Below, one piece after another: positions 11,002 through 26,504 of a stretch of 64,000 nucleotides of DNA; position 1 is the first letter of the stretch; every line of letters begins with the position of its first letter. The position numbers were made by a program, and so were the translations under genes. The notes below the pieces were generated by a model, which saw only the letters and a list, made by a program, of their open reading frames with translations, ran no database searches and was not told the origin of the DNA. The stretch comes from Lingula anatina (Eukaryota > Animalia > Brachiopoda): assembly GCA_051362555.1 (NCBI GenBank), contig CM120643.1, positions 14,854,644 to 14,918,643 on the forward strand. Direction: 5' to 3'.

Positions 11002-14000
11002 CTTATTTTTGTTTGTGAAAAGGCAAATAAAACAGCGTTCAATGTACCACCTGTATGTACATGCAGGCAATACAGCTGATATCTATATCCTTTGATCTTC
11101 TAATTACCCGCATGTTTTTCTTATTATCTATTGAGTAAGGTATGGAACGCAAACCTCATTTTATCATGAAACCAGATCACGTGCTGCCCTTCACCAATTC
11201 CTGTTTAGAATCCAATTTTTTTCCTATATTTCAATTAGGACAAATTAAAAGATAAAGTCTACAGACTAAATGCCCTCTGCTAGCAAAGAACGATGTACGT
11301 GACAAAGCGATCAATATAATATCGAATATGTTTGACGTCCAAGACCATGTTAGTCACCTCATTCGGCTTGTAGGGAAAGCAAGAAAGTGACCGTTGGGCA
11401 ATAAAAGTGGTTTAACATTTAGTTATGTAGCTTTGAGCTTCCCTGCTCATATATATCTCTCTTTTTAAATCCCCTCTCTTCTCTCTCCCCCTTGTGTGTG
11501 TATTTGATGAGCACCAAGACGTAAAAAAAGGCACACGAGGGTTTTTTAAATTGCGTTGAACACATGGTTCCTACGTCCAACTGTCACAAGGGATGGTATA
11601 AAGCTTTAGAGATAATTGAAAAGCAACGGGCTTTTTTTTCGATAGATAATTAAATTAAGTGCCTATTATGCTTCCTTTCCAGTTAGTCCGAACAATGGCT
11701 GACGATTATTTAGAGCATCTGCACTATAAGACTTGTAATGTAGGATTTATCATTACAGAATTAGAATAAAAAGGTGTGATGATTGCATATGGCAGGATAA
11801 AGCTCTGTCCCGAAATACATTGCCTTATACGCTGAACCAAACGCCTCTCTGGTGGTACATGTACTAATGATAACGTGGCTTTCGGCAGTCTTATCAAAAC
11901 ATCAGTGTCTCCATCTCTTAAAACGTTTAGATTACTTACTGTAATGGGACCCATGGTGTAATGGCGGATTATAGATTTGACGTCAGTAATTTTGTTCTAT
12001 CGACAAACATAACATCCACCATATTTTCAAGCTAAGGCGAGTCTTATTCCAAAGCTATTGCTTAACGTTTGTTCCTCAGATCGCATTGTTTGCCACCTAC
12101 CCCCACACAGTCACTCAATCACACACACACACACAAAAACACACACACACACACACACATAAACAGATACACACTCAGACGCACATAAACAAAGGCACAG
12201 GGGTACGCGTAAGCCGCTCTCCCATCTCCCATCACCCTCCCCCTCCCTCCCTCCCTCGTCCTTAAAGCTATTTGGGTTTTTGGATAATTACAATTTGCAT
12301 CAGGTGCTTCGTTTACCTTTGTCTACCACCTTAAATTAGGAGTGAAATTAGTCAATCAACCTGAGTAATATTCATGCACACTTTAAATTAACAAGTGGCA
12401 CGAAATATATGACGTATAAAGAACAATGTCCTGGAATAGTTCGTGCAGAGACTCAGTGAAATTTGCTTTAATGTTTGAAACTCGAGAGGAAGGAATGACA
12501 TTGTTTGCGTCAGTCAGAATTATTTTATAGAGATTCGTTCAAAGAGTTTTCGGCATTGCTTTTGATGAAAGAGAAAAGCCACGAGACGGAGCCAATGTCT
12601 CTGGATCTGTCATGACGTAAATACGTGTACCACATCACGAAGTTTTGGGATTAATTTACAACAGTGCGACTGTCAATTGCTTCTCTTTTGTCATTATTTC
12701 CTAAAATTAGCTAGTGTGTGTTGCTGTGTAAGAGTAGCGATACCGCAAATGGGTGCTCAGATAATTCTACCAATTTGTGAATCATTCGAAAGAAGCTTAG
12801 TTTATAAGCTGCTGGTTGATCGGATTCCTTGATAGTCCAAGTTATTTTCCTATTAGTACGTCATATAGTACTGATGATTAGCAAGCAATCAAAATAATTG
12901 GTATACACATTCGCAAGCGTCCATGTCAACAAGATGACAGACCAAACAGACAAGAAGACGTACTTTACTATTTTCCAGAAACCTAAAAGTTTAGTTCGTT
13001 TACGAATAGGTTACATTTTACTGGTCAGTAAAATAAATAGACGGGTCCTGATGTGGGTGGACAGTAAAACGGACAGCTAGACATACCAGCACAGAGAGAC
13101 AAGTAGGCATTAAGCAAAACAGACAGACATAAACAAGACAAAAGTGTGATAATATAAATACAAGTAGGTCACATTCACTGATAAAATATTCTGTAATATT
13201 ATATACGTGCAATACATTTGTCTTTACTCACTATCACAGAAATGCATCGTAAGGGTTGTTAATATTTCAAAATCGCGCATGTTGCCAGAAGTGTAACTTG
13301 AATCATTAGGTACAGCCACAGTGTTAACGTTGATAAGCAATCAGACAAAAATATCTCTTTCCGTACTTTTTACATTTCAACCACAGTAGAATACGTCTTT
13401 GAAGCGTCATTCCGCTTTATATTTCAAATCGGAAAGGACATCTTTTAAATATCCGAGTTGCATGGAAACCGCTAAAATGTTCCCGAAGCACATAGAAACC
13501 CTATGCATTTATACAACCGCTGTGCCGCTTTACATAAACAGCGAAAAATTAATCGAAAATTTTTAGATGCATGTTCCCCATTGGTGCATGCTGTTCAGAT
13601 ACCCATTTATGGGGTTTGATTAAATCGAAATATAGGCCTACCCACTGAGATAACAAAAAAATGCATAAGCTGCGTTTACGCCGCACGTCGGGCGATGAGC
13701 GGTTAGCTTTCACTAAACCTTTGGGCAACTACATCATCGCGCTGATGGTTTTATTCGACGAGAGTCACATTCATTGTGATCTCTTGTGCATATCAAACTT
13801 CGTTAGATCAGTTTGATGAAAGACTCGACTTATTCCACGCCAAATATTTCAACAGGGTTTGACCTTGAGAGCAGATGAACGTACAGCTTACCACATGTTA
13901 CCACTTTTGGCATTCCAGGTTTTTTTGACAAGGCAAATCATAAGTATGGCCTCAGCTGCAGGACAGAAGTAGTTAGCTGATTTTTCGTGTAAATGGCTGC

Positions 14001-16837
14001 TCTCTTTCAACTTCTTATTTATTTCCTATAAGTTTTAAAATGTTATAGGCTAGAGGGGGAAAGGTTGCCGTTAAATTTCACGCTATAGGCCTCCTGTTAC
14101 GTTGGAGGTGCGGGATATGTTGTAAATCACCTCGACCTTCTACCAAAAGGTTAATATCGTATGACTACTGTTGGCGCTAGTTTACAGAATGTATGTTTTA
14201 GATTAAGTGGGAACACAGTGCTTTTTATATTTTTGTAGACGCTCTAATGTGTTAGCTACATAGAGGTGATCATGTAGGCCTACGTTGGGCGTAAAGGGTT
14301 TAATCCCTGTATGAGTTTCCGTCCTTTATATCATGCCATACGTAATAATGCTTTGACCCAAAAGACAGAGTATGGACCAAACCGTTGGTGAAACAAGTTT
14401 CTTCTCTGTCCAGACACTGTGCATTTGATTTCCAGACTTGTTGCACATTGGGAATGTACTGACCCGCAATGCTAAAGTTTAAGCAATAAACTGCCCCTAT
14501 AGCACCTCTTTGCGTCAAGCCACACACGTAATATGGTCAAATATATGAGTCGGGGTTGAACCACCGAGTGTTAATGATCTTTTGGTTGTAAACATATATA
14601 TTTCATTACCATTCCCATAAACCTCCAATTACGGTCTATACCGTAAGCACTACATACAAGATTGTCTACTTGTGCGTTTTAATTAACTTTTCTTTTGTCA
14701 AATTTATTAAGGTACGTACCCATAGGTTACATGCTATTAATCCCAGTGTTACAACGGTGCCTTTTATCTTTGTCTATTAACTCTGCACATTGATACCTTC
14801 AAATTGCGTGTACAAGACAAATGAATATTTAAACATATAGAGTTATAGATGACTTACATGTATCTACACTTGATACGTTGATGTTGTAACCTACACACGC
14901 ATGCACATAATGAAGAGACAGTTTGACATAAATTCGAAGCATACTGTACATTATGCAGTAAAACATCCTGCATTACAACGCGTTGTTTTTCTAAGTCTCA
15001 GAATTGCCTATTACTACTGGTGCCAGTTCCATAAAGAAACTTAGACCCGAAGCTGAATTGTTAATGATTTTTAGGCTCCTGATGATAGTCTTATGCCCCT
15101 AACCCCATTGGACTTGGGGTACTAACTGCTTCGTACCTAGGATCGCATGCAAGCACTTCTCATATAAACACGATTAAGGTCCAAGCACTAACAGGCTACA
15201 ACCCATTTTGGGGTGTCCCACTAATACTGACATAGCGGTTCCCACAGACATACTCAACAGGGACCCACAGCGGACCCACACAAGATTCTCAGCTCCTATT
15301 TTTTAAACATCACGGCTACTCTTCAAATTATTTCTTTTGACCAATGAGAAATTATTTAACTAAAGCTGCTTCTCTGAAGCGCCCTCTTGTTGTTCCACCC
15401 CTGTCCCGCGCCTCAGAGATAAATGGGATAAATGGGAATTGAAGGCTACCATCTACATGCCGTTACCAGTCACGCTCTGGGTTTCAGCGGTCACATGAAC
15501 AGAGGTATACTGATATTAGGTGCACATGTAAGTTTCCAGAAATTTCTGAATATCGGGCATCCATAACACGTCCTTGCCAGAAACTCTGTCGAAATTGGAA
15601 TATTATCGTTAAACATTCAAAATACACGGAGAAGTGCCTGTGTGTGTTTTTAGAGAAAACCGGGAACTGAAACCGATAGTGGTCTGTTAGAACAGATAGA
15701 AACTCCTTAGAAGACCCATGCGTCACTTAATTCAACATGTACAAACCGTTGTAAAGACAGGTGGTTAACGTAAAGATTGAGTGATATGAGTCTTTTAAGT
15801 AATTAAAAATTAACTACGGTGATATATCATGAGCAGTTTCAAATTATTTAAGGAAAGTCAGTCAAAAGTGAAGTCCTATTTAATATTTCAAAAGGTGCGT
15901 TGTTGCATGCGGGTATTACAACAGCGCGAATGTTCAGATAGATAAATTGGTGTAAACGACCATGATGCCCTAGTAGTGCACACGTTGGTATTTTAAAATT
16001 GGTATTAAAATCGCCAGAATGTCCAGATGCATAATACATTAGTATAAATATCCAGAATTTCAGGATAGATAAATATGTTGAAACTGATTGTGGTCAAATG
16101 CGTACCATTCTCATCAAAAAGCATAGTAATTGACCATACCTTAAAAATTAGCAATGCAAAACATATAATTAAGTTCCACAAAACAGAAAGAACGGTGAAT
16201 GTACTTAAAGTACTTCCGCCAATGTGTATTGGGACTAACTCGTTTCTATCTTAGGAATATGAAGGAACTGTTAATATCATTACGTCTGTCGTCTCTTTTA
16301 TTCACTATTCTTCTCACACTTTATTCTATGTGGGCCATACTAGATTTACACGGGTCTCACTGGGATTTGTTGTGACTATTGGGTAATACCCGTATGAACA
16401 GAGCACTGCGTGTAATAATACGATAACTCGAAGCTGCTAAAAGAAAATATAGTGGCGACACCTTTGGGAAATATGCAGACTATTTCGCAAATAAGATGAC
16501 GGAAAAACATCGTTTTGTATCGAAAATCTACATCAACATATGTGCCCTGGTGTACAATAATCGTGATTTATACGTGTACATAGGCGACATTTATTTAAAC
16601 CTGGGCATGTGGTGGGTGCAGTGAGGTTTTGAATAACACTCAATTCAATCTAAAAAAAGCAGGTAATTATTGACACAAAAGAGATATAATAAAGCTTACG
16701 AATTGATGAATAACGCAAGTTATATGTTTATTTTGTATTTTAGGGAACAAAACTTCAGACCTATCAGTTTCAGTACTTTTAGACGGACGGGAAACAGAAA
16801 TGCAGTTCGTGACATCCACGCTTGAAGAGGTAATGGT

Positions 16838-16852
16838 CTCTCTCTCTCTATT

Positions 16853-16888
<36 letters not shown>
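16838..16888. repeat. (CT)n microsatellite
   Basis: Direct reading. Confidence 0.95.
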
Positions 16889-16889
<1 letters not shown>

Positions 16890-18291
16890 GGAACATTTTG
16901 GTATTACATAATGCGTGTCCTACCATGTTACATTCAGGCTGTGTATTGCACCTTTTGCAGGAAAAAATAATGTTCTGTAAAAAAAGATATCGTAGAAATC
17001 CATTACAGTATGTGTACCTGAATAGTGACAATGTAGTCATTAAATATACATTAGAGAAATGAAGAGCAACACAAAATACTGTGAACTTCATTAGTGTGAA
17101 CAATTAGTCCACATGACTTTCTGGCCCAGTGAGTTATACTGGCTTGTGTTTAGTAAAAGGTTAACAATGCCCGTTACACCCGTATGGACCAACACATTAA
17201 TTTTCCTAGAAGTTTCCACAAGTCTCCTTTTACAACAAGGTATTTATGAGAAGAACAATGCATAAAAAGTTTTTTTTCGAGTTTTGAAATGGCTAATTTT
17301 ACCAGCGACAGTGAAATTCACCAGTCCCCGTCTCCATTACTAGGGTGGCTAAAAATTGGACACTAGGAACTAAAACCGGGTTCATGGATTGTAATTCTTG
17401 GACAGATTCTGTATGTTTGTGGGAATGAGTGTTGCAACCCACAGGAAAATTAAAGTACGTTGCATGCTTGTCAGTAAGCTAGAAAAATAATGCACAAACA
17501 CTTACCTACAGGAGTTGGTCGATACTTTAAGAACCAAATTGTAGCCTACTTTGACAAAAGAAAATTCTGTAGTTACCCTTTTAAATGGCCTGTTGAGGGT
17601 GTCTTATTAACACAAATAAATGCCAAATGTTTTGGTCCAGTAGTTACTTATCTTAGTAAAGTACTACGGATTTATCTAGAATATAAGTAGATCAAAATCA
17701 GTGGTCCCAAAGTTGAAGCCAACTTTCTCTCTAAAGGCTTTTTGTGTGAAAACGACCCTTGAAGAAAAAAAACATACTATGGTATAGGGATTAGGATATT
17801 TCTCCTGGTAACCGACCAAACCAGCGCAGTAAATCTGCGGAAATGCCAGACCATGTCCCTCTTCTGTCAAAGCCTAGCCAGAGCTATCGAACTAAATTAT
17901 GAAACTCTCTTTTTTGTTCTTATCTGGTGAGCAAACTGAGGAAATGCACATCACGGATATCCTGCTTGTTACGATGGCAGATCCAGGGGGCGGGTACGTA
18001 CGACCTCTCGCCCCTCCTCCTCACCCCCAAGCTTTCAGCACATTTCTTTCTCCCAAAAACATAATCGAAAATTAAAAAAAAAAACCTAAGCCATTTTCCA
18101 GACTTGTGCCCCACATAAAATTGTTATATTGCCCAGCGAAACGAAGCAAAACTCCCCTTTAGGTATTATCCCAGATTCCATAGCGTATTTTACTTATTGT
18201 CACCAGCTGCAAATGCAACTTATGTATAATTGACAAACTATTTCATATTTTTCCTTTTTTATTTTTATCAATATTATTTTTTGTATTTCAG

Positions 18292-18469
18292 TGCCGCGAT
18301 AAAGACGTGGACGCCTACATTGTCGTCTACGCTATAGCCGATAAGTGTTCATTCCAATACGTCTCTGAGATCCTTCAACGGTTACGCCAGACGGAGGGCG
18401 AGCACTGCGCTATCATCCTCGTGGGGAATAAAAGCGATCTCGCGAGAACGAGAGTTGTGAGCACAGATG
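18292..18469 (+). CDS. RGK-like GTPase coding exon 3 (G4 box)
   Basis: Polypyrimidine tract and tttcag acceptor. DAYIVVYAIADKCSF...IILVGNKSDLARTRVVS (G4 NKxD). GTAAGT donor at 18470 (phase 1). Confidence 0.92.
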
Positions 18470-21400
18470 GTAAGTTTTTCCTTATATTCTGTCCGCGTGT
18501 GCAATATGATGGTATTGAAGTAATGTTAAGAAGAAGGCATTTAAGCTAATTTTGGTAAATGAATCTAATAATCACATTTGGCAATGAAGCCCAACGATTT
18601 ACTGTATGCACGGGTTTGATGTTATTTTACAAAAAAATATGCGTGACCTGGTTTGTAGGGCCTACCCAAAACACCTCAAATTCAGGCAAACAGGGGGGAA
18701 ATACACATAAAGAGAATCTGCGCTAGTGAAGGTACTTGCTTTTTATAGCACAATCTATTAAGATGATCTGACAAATTAGAAGAGACCGAAATGCGTGTTT
18801 TTCAGAAACAAGATATCTAATTACTCACAAATCGTTCAAATGCATCAGATTACACCGTATTAATCATTTTGATTTACTCAGTGCATTGTTGCCAGCGCTA
18901 TACGACATAATTTCGAGACCCTCGTTTCAAAAGGTACTTCCGCAGCGATCGATTTGCTGCTTTAATCACTAGCTGTAAAGAACTGTGCGAATTGGAAGTA
19001 CTTAAGTATTGCATGGCGGTTCGTCGGAGATAGCGTTCATGTTGCGAAAAAAAGCTTTAGATAGACACAGTCCTCCAGTGTAATAGCTGCTGGCCCCACT
19101 GCATGTGTGCTGTTAGTAGTGGCATAATATCTTAATAAAAGAGAGAGAATTAGATGGTTGCAAATGGATTTTTGCAATAACGCTCGCTGTTTGACATGTA
19201 ATAGTCGGGTTTCTAATAACTTTGGAAGAGGGAAATGTGTGAATTATTTCTATGCTGAAAGTGCATTACGGGTAACTAATGCTATCAATCATATACGTTA
19301 TCTAACTGCATGACTACATGTAATTACTCAGTTGCGTAGGAAGCAGTTTTAAAGTGGGCACTGCCATTCAGAACAGAGATTAACGACGGGGACGTCAATT
19401 TATCCCTTTCCCGCTAGCTGTTTCTTTCACTTACATGACTGGCGTTGTTGCAAAAACTGGGGAATAACCCCCTCCCACCCGTAGAGGACGCCTTTAATCC
19501 ACCTACGTGTACTTTGTAGTTACCAAGACACACAGATGCCTAACATTTTAATGGCATATTCCTGCTGCCGTGTGGACTGGGAAATCAGGGAGACCAGGAC
19601 CCAGTTTCACAAAAAAAAGGCTACATGGTCTAATGGGCACATTTTATCCTATCAGAACTGACTTAAGTTTGTTTTTTGTTTGTTTGTTTGTTTTTTTTTT
19701 TTTTTTGTTGTTGTTGAGAGGCATCAAATAAACACATAACCTACTAATGCTTAGGCAATGTCATGATATAATGGATATTTTGAAACACTCTGTAGATACA
19801 CTGAGACCAGTACACCCTTAACGTTCAATTCCACTGACGTATGACGGCACACTTTAAAGGGGGCACCTTGGTTGGTTGATGACTTAACGACTGAATTAAT
19901 GCAGGCAATCAGGAAATGTTCTGCGGTGTCATTTTATGATTAGGAAATGATTTGGGTTAATAATTCTGGTATTTGCAGTAACTACTAAATAAATTCGACG
20001 GCATGAATTGGTTATTTTCCCGCTAAATTTGTTTCGCAAATTTTACTGAAGAGCGTTTATTCGAACGTTTGGAAAGGTAATTGGCTTCGTGTCAAAAAGC
20101 TCATCTTTGTGACTGCCTGTAAAACTTGAAAAGGTAAAATATTAGACAAAATTTAAAACAAATTATAATGAGCTACCCTAAATTAGTTCAAATGCCAAGC
20201 AGTGAACATGGTTATCATTACGTATGGCTAGAGTCGATATTGTCATAGCTGACTTCTACAATACGTATGTATGTGAACCTGATAACAAAACGCCCTCGAT
20301 TGTCGTCAAATAAATACACGACAGTATGAGCTAATCCTTTTCCCTTCTAATTGGTGGGGGTAATCTGTTAATCTGCTTTTTTCCAAAATGCCCTCAATCA
20401 ACACCATAATTACCAGTAATCGCATCTGTAAAATCTAGACATTCCTTTGGCGTGTATTTCTAGTACAACCAGTTTGCGTTATTTGCTAGTATTAATAATT
20501 AATCACATCAGTTGCCAAGCAAGTAAAGAGTGCCATTATGTGGTTGAGAAATCAACACTGGAACACGTAGAAACAACATTTGCGTGACGTGAGTAAGCCA
20601 GAAAACACCTGAAAACACCTGGGAAATTCTCCACGGGCTGGCGTAAACGACACTTGTTGTTCCCAGTTATGTTTTAGCTGACGCAGGTGTTTATTCACTT
20701 TTTTTTAATTTATGATCGAAAATAAATGCTGGCCAGAGAATTCGTTTCATGGCCATCACTACTTTCTCCTCTCCAAACTTGTAACTTTAGGCATCATTAG
20801 TTGTACGGATGCGGTAGTTTTTTATTGTAATTGGTTTGTTCGTTTATATACAGGGGCATTTAGCTTAGGTCACATTACAAAACCAATATACTTAAAAGTC
20901 GTCAGCTGCCGTAAACTTACGTCACATATAGCAAAACGTCTTCAAATAAAAATATAGGAAACTTCATTAATGGTAGGTCGCATATGTCAAGTCCTGCATT
21001 TTCCGTTATTTTAAAGAGGGCGTCACTTTCTGGGGCCTAAAATAAATAAAATGATAATTTCAAATCATTTGCAGTTATTTTTGACCATTTTGATCACAAG
21101 AGTTACGGGTGATGTGATCCTTGTATGGCGGGAATATTGCAGGTGTATACCCTATACCTCCGTCAAGAACAGAGTGCAGAAAGCACCAATGACGTTACTT
21201 TTGTAACAAGCATTACATTGGGCGGAAGACTACACTTGCTCCGTTGGCACCAAGCTGAAAATCAGCTCATTTTAAGTAAAACTTTATGGAAAATGAGGAA
21301 TGTTATTTTTGTTATTGCTGTTAATTCGTATTTTTTATTCTTTATCTTGGTGGATCTTTTTACCAAAGTGCCTCATAGAGTCACAGGGAAGATGAAATTT

Positions 21401-24148
21401 AGGTTACCCGTATTAAATAAATAAATAAATATCCAGTTTGTAGCCAAATGCAAATGGCTTCAAATGGTCTTTCAATTCATTTTCAGACCTCAGAAATAAC
21501 TGTTCCCTTAAAGTCACAAGGCAACACCTTCCAGTTTCCGTAATACACTCCGTTGCAGTTATCGACTCGCGCAGTGCATCTGCACCAAACACGGTTCCTC
21601 TTAGCAAACAGAACAAATCCTGAGATTATAATGATTGATTATCTGCTTCATGTACCAAACAAGTTTTTGCGGGTTATTCCGGTTGCAACTTGGAAAAATC
21701 ATGTTCGCTGCTTACAAAACGGCTATAGCCTCGAGATTGTTCTACTTCAGTTTAAGATGAGGCTATAAAGGCTTTGGTAGTTTACCAAGTGCCCAGTATA
21801 ACCATGTATCTCTTCTTATGATACAATATTTCTTTTTTTAGACAACAACCAGTCTATATCTTGTTGCAAAGTGGACAAACGTTGCTATCATAAGTTTAAG
21901 ACCAGTTTTCGGCCTATAGGTCTTTGAAGCAGGTCCCAGATCCTGTCTCGTAATCTAGACCTAAAATGTGTGGTGCGTTTGTGTTTGTGCGCGTGTGCTT
22001 GTGTGTGTGTGCGTGCGTAAGTGTGTGAAACGGACAGTGGTTACTGAGAACAGTTTGTGTTGACTACAAGTACACGCCACTGATTCAAATAATTTCAAAA
22101 TTGAAGCCAGGCGGTACACACTATTCCAGATAAGAGGACTATACTTACTGTGTGATATCTGCCCAGTAACGGACCATTTATCCATTCGATCACTAAAATC
22201 GGATACGGCATTGTGATATTGTTGGAGAACAGTTTCAGCAAATCAGAGCTGATCTGATGGTCTGACTGGTTAGGCAGCTGTGTGCGCGCTATCTAGAAAT
22301 CGATAGAAAACCACAAACAATTATCTTCATAGTGAACTGCGTTAAACTTAAAGCTACATGTATGCCTGCGTCCGCTGTGTGTCATTAAGACGGCGATTTG
22401 CGGTTATATTGTAGATAACATCGAACTTCAGTCAGTAATAATCAAATTACACCAGAGATACACCAATCAGATAGAACGGCAAACCCGGTTTCTTACAAAT
22501 CGCTACTATATACAATGCCTAGTTGGAATTCCAAGTACCTATTGGTAACGGCAATGATGAAAAATAGCGACACAAAAGGCAATCCAGTTTTTTCAAATAA
22601 CATAAATGCCTTAATTCGAATCAATTCGAAAATCAGAACAATCAAATGATAACGTGTATTAAATCAATGAACAATGCATTCAAATTAATTAAGGGCATCT
22701 CCAGGGATGTAAATTTGAATTGACTGACAATGTCGTCAGTTTCTGTGAATAACTAATTTGAATTGACTAGCAATATCTTTAGATAATTTTCTTGCTCGAA
22801 TCCTTAAACGAAGTGTGCACTGGATCGACAGTTATAAAAAGCTAGTTGGATATGCGCGAGATTAATAACAAGGGTTTAGGTAGATGCTGTTAGTGAGAAA
22901 CGCCTTATTTTTTATCTGAGTACGGATTAAAATGCATTGTGTTGTACCAGCAATAGGTGTCCCGGTTTTAATATTCCACCCAACATCACATCCTTGCATA
23001 CCAAAGCGTCATGTTGGTTTTGAGGTTGACGTTTGTGTGAAAAACCACACTCTTAAATAGAACGATAATGAACCTGTGATTCACAGAAATCCGCCTTGTT
23101 AGGTAATTCTTGGAGACAGGTATTTCGTTTGAGTTAGATAATTAGAGAAGCGTTTATATCTTTGATAAGCAAGTCATCGCAGGGTACAGGTAGGTGGAAT
23201 CTGGAAATGGCGGCCGTAAAGGAGTGTTGAAGACTGTGTGGCAGTAAAATAACACTTAAGCAAGTACCAATGAAGGCCATTAATTATCAGTGGCGGTAAT
23301 TACTTACCGAGGGTGAGATCGTATGGACGAATATGAGAAAATTTCCGCTAAATTAAATTGATGGTGATACCTGTATTTCCTAGAAGACTTCATTGTTAAA
23401 AAGTATTTGGGCATGTTCGAGTTTATTGTAAATCCCAATTAAAATATAACCTTGATATTCATGTCATATAAAGTTCTTATGGTTCTTCCTTTTTTTTAAA
23501 TCTCAGTTCCAAGCAAGATATTCGCACACGCAAACAAACATCATTTCATGACGAGAAACATCTGAAGGGTGATGTTACCTACTTCCTCTCACAGATGGGC
23601 TCTTAATTAGTTTGTTTGTTTGTTTGCTTGTTTTGAAGGTTGATAACAAACCACTGGAAAATTCTATCATGTTCAAACATTGGCTAGAGCAATATTAATT
23701 TGTACATGTTTCCGACCTAAACTCTGATCCTTAGTACAATAAAAACAGATAAGTTCCTGATGTTCTTCAGTTTTTGAATTTTGGTGCGAGTAACAATAAG
23801 TAATACTGAATTCACTGGACCAAACATGGTTCGTACCATAACCGTTGTCAAGGGCCTGATTGGCCCCATTCAGAATAGGGGACTAACTAGTCCGAGGGTC
23901 AAATAGTGTCATGTTTTCGTTTTTTTCTTTTTCAAGTTATCATTTCTTCTTTGGCCACGCCATGTCGCGAGTTCGTAAACTCCATACGCGGGTATCATCT
24001 AGCTTCCTATCAAATTGATAATGTTATAAATTAATCTGGTATTTTATAAATCAACTTTGTAAACTATTTGTTTATCCATTATATTTATTAATACATTTGG
24101 TAAAGATATAATGGATATTTACTAAAATAACCATTTTTCTTTTTGTAG

Positions 24149-24441
24149 CTGGAAAGAAACTGGCGTCAATATTCAACTGCAAATTTATCGAGACATCAGC
24201 TGTCCTTAATCACCACGTTGACGAGCTGCTAGTGGGGACGCTGAGTCAAATTAACAGGAGAGAAATGCAGGTTGACGCCATTGTGAAAAGAGACGCTGCG
24301 GAGGAAGACAAATCTCTGAAAGAAAAAAATCGCATTTTCTCGAGCCTTAAGGCCGCCAAGGGACTTCTTAATAAACTGTTAAGAAAAGGACCCTCCTCTA
24401 ATTCATCAACGCCTTCAGACACAAAACTCAGCATGCGATGA
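24149..24441 (+). CDS. RGK-like GTPase coding exon 4 (G5 box and basic C-terminal helix)
   Basis: ttttgtag acceptor, phase 1. GKKLASIFNCKFIETSAVLNHHVDELLVGTLSQI is the characteristic RGK G5 segment, followed by amphipathic basic KAAKGLLNKLLRK. TGA at 24439-24441. Confidence 0.92.
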
Positions 24442-26395
24442 GAAAGGCTATCAAAGTCTTATCAATCCGACAGTACGCTGTCGGGTTCTTGAGAGATTGA
24501 TTGTTAACGTTATTATCAAATGCATTATCACATCCATTTATCACCGTCACTTTTACATAACTTGACAGCATCCACAAAAGACACATTAGTTAATTGACTG
24601 CGTCTTCTGCCTAATTATACTTTAGTGTCTTTTTACTGCCTTAAGTTTTACAAAGTCTACCGCCGCAGGTACCTCCATTGCCTTTTCCTTCGTTATCGAT
24701 TACCTATTTCTTTGCAACTCACCTGAAGTGGTTACAAGCGGCCCTTCTTTGTGAGTGCCCGGATGATTATCTTGCAAGCAAGATAAAGTGAACTTAAATT
24801 AGCGAACACGGAACTAAGGTTTTCACCAGGAATTCTATTTTCAGAACAGATACAGACACTTAACCGTCATCTGCATTAGCAACATTAGTGAAAGTCATAT
24901 GCACTGTAACTTTACTAGCTAATAGGAAGGTCCATCTGGTATATGGAGTTTTCTGACGAATGTCGTTACTCCAGATTTACTGACACTCGAGTTATATTTT
25001 AGAACTTCCTTCTTTTCTGTTGAGAAATGTAACTCTTTCCCAGCATTGACTCTGTCCCTTGATCTTTTCTTGGATTATACATGTGTCATTTGTTTTTCAT
25101 GAAGTGTCATAAACAGTGACAATGAAAGACACGTGATTTTGCAAGATTTTGAGAAAGCTGACCTGGAAAATCCCCAAATGGATAACTGTTTGTGAGATAA
25201 AGCTCGGACAAGCTTAATGGGACCGTGAAGAGAAAATGGTATAATATAAATAATATGATTATAATATAAATATATAAAAGGATTCAATAAGCTTTACACC
25301 CGCAAGGTTTAAGGGGAGGTTATTTTTCATAAAGTTGAACATGTACATATTCCAATTGTTATTTGGTTAACTTATTATTCCGTGTTGTATTTTTAAAACT
25401 TTCACCGTCTTCTTCTGACGGATTTGTTGTTATCATTATTTTAAACACAATACGCACGTTGTCGCGTTGTATTATTTACATATCCATGTAAGTTTCATTA
25501 ACAGATCATTCACTTTATTATGGGGCTCTGTACATACTAGTTTTAATCACACTGTCATTTATTGTGGGTTTATTTAAACTAGATATTCCACCTACCGGTA
25601 AAGGCTCTGGCGGACCCAAGACCATGTCTGTCTGATGGGAAAACATAAAATGGACACAATACTATAAATGTAGGGAGCCCACGGATGGTAAAATTGAATG
25701 GCTTGCTATACTACATGTAGCACTACTTGGGGGAGGTAGAATGGTGGATAGGCTTTTTTTTTATAATATATAGAAGATATAAGGGGTGAGTGACCCGCCG
25801 TTCCCTTAATTCCTGAAACAGCCATCATAGAAATTGCAGTATATACTTATTCACATACAAGTGTCAGTACAAGTACAAAACGTGTAGTGAAGAGAAAGAT
25901 TCAAGACAAAGAAGCAGACAAAATATTTTTATTTTTCTTTCTCGTGTATAAACGGAGCTATATGTTTTACCTGGTATTGTATTTTAATGATCATGGTTGC
26001 CCATCCACTGCAGGCAGATCCTGCTGGGGTTTTTTAAAGGTTGGATGTAAACAATGATATAATATCACAAGCCTCAAAGGGATAGTCAGTGATTTGTTTT
26101 TGATCTGTTTTTGTGCTTGTTACACCACTGTTTGGGGTGGAGGGGGGGTTCGAGGCTATGGAGGGAGGGGGGCGTGTCACCACCCTGGAACAAAATTTAA
26201 CGTGTTTGGTATGAATCTACGCTATGTTTTCGTTCACTGGGACTAGACTTTAGTTAACCTGACACTTGAAAAAAAGGGGCAAATGTCGGCTGTTATAAAA
26301 TTGTATCTTGCAACCTCTCGTCTTCTAATTTCTGATAAGCACACATATATTTATGTTTACAAATATATATACATACGAATATATTTATATTCTGC

Positions 26396-26401
26396 AATAA
26401 A
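26396..26401 (+). terminator. Candidate polyadenylation signal of the RGK-like gene (~2 kb 3' UTR)
   Basis: AATAAA followed within ~30-50 nt by a GT/T-rich tract. No transcript evidence. Confidence 0.3.
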
Positions 26402-26504
26402 TGCTCAAATGTGTTCACACAATCTTGTCAGTTTTATTTAACCTTTTTGAAAGTTAATATTTATGATTATAAATATTGTTCAAACCATTAAATACGGATA
26501 TAAT

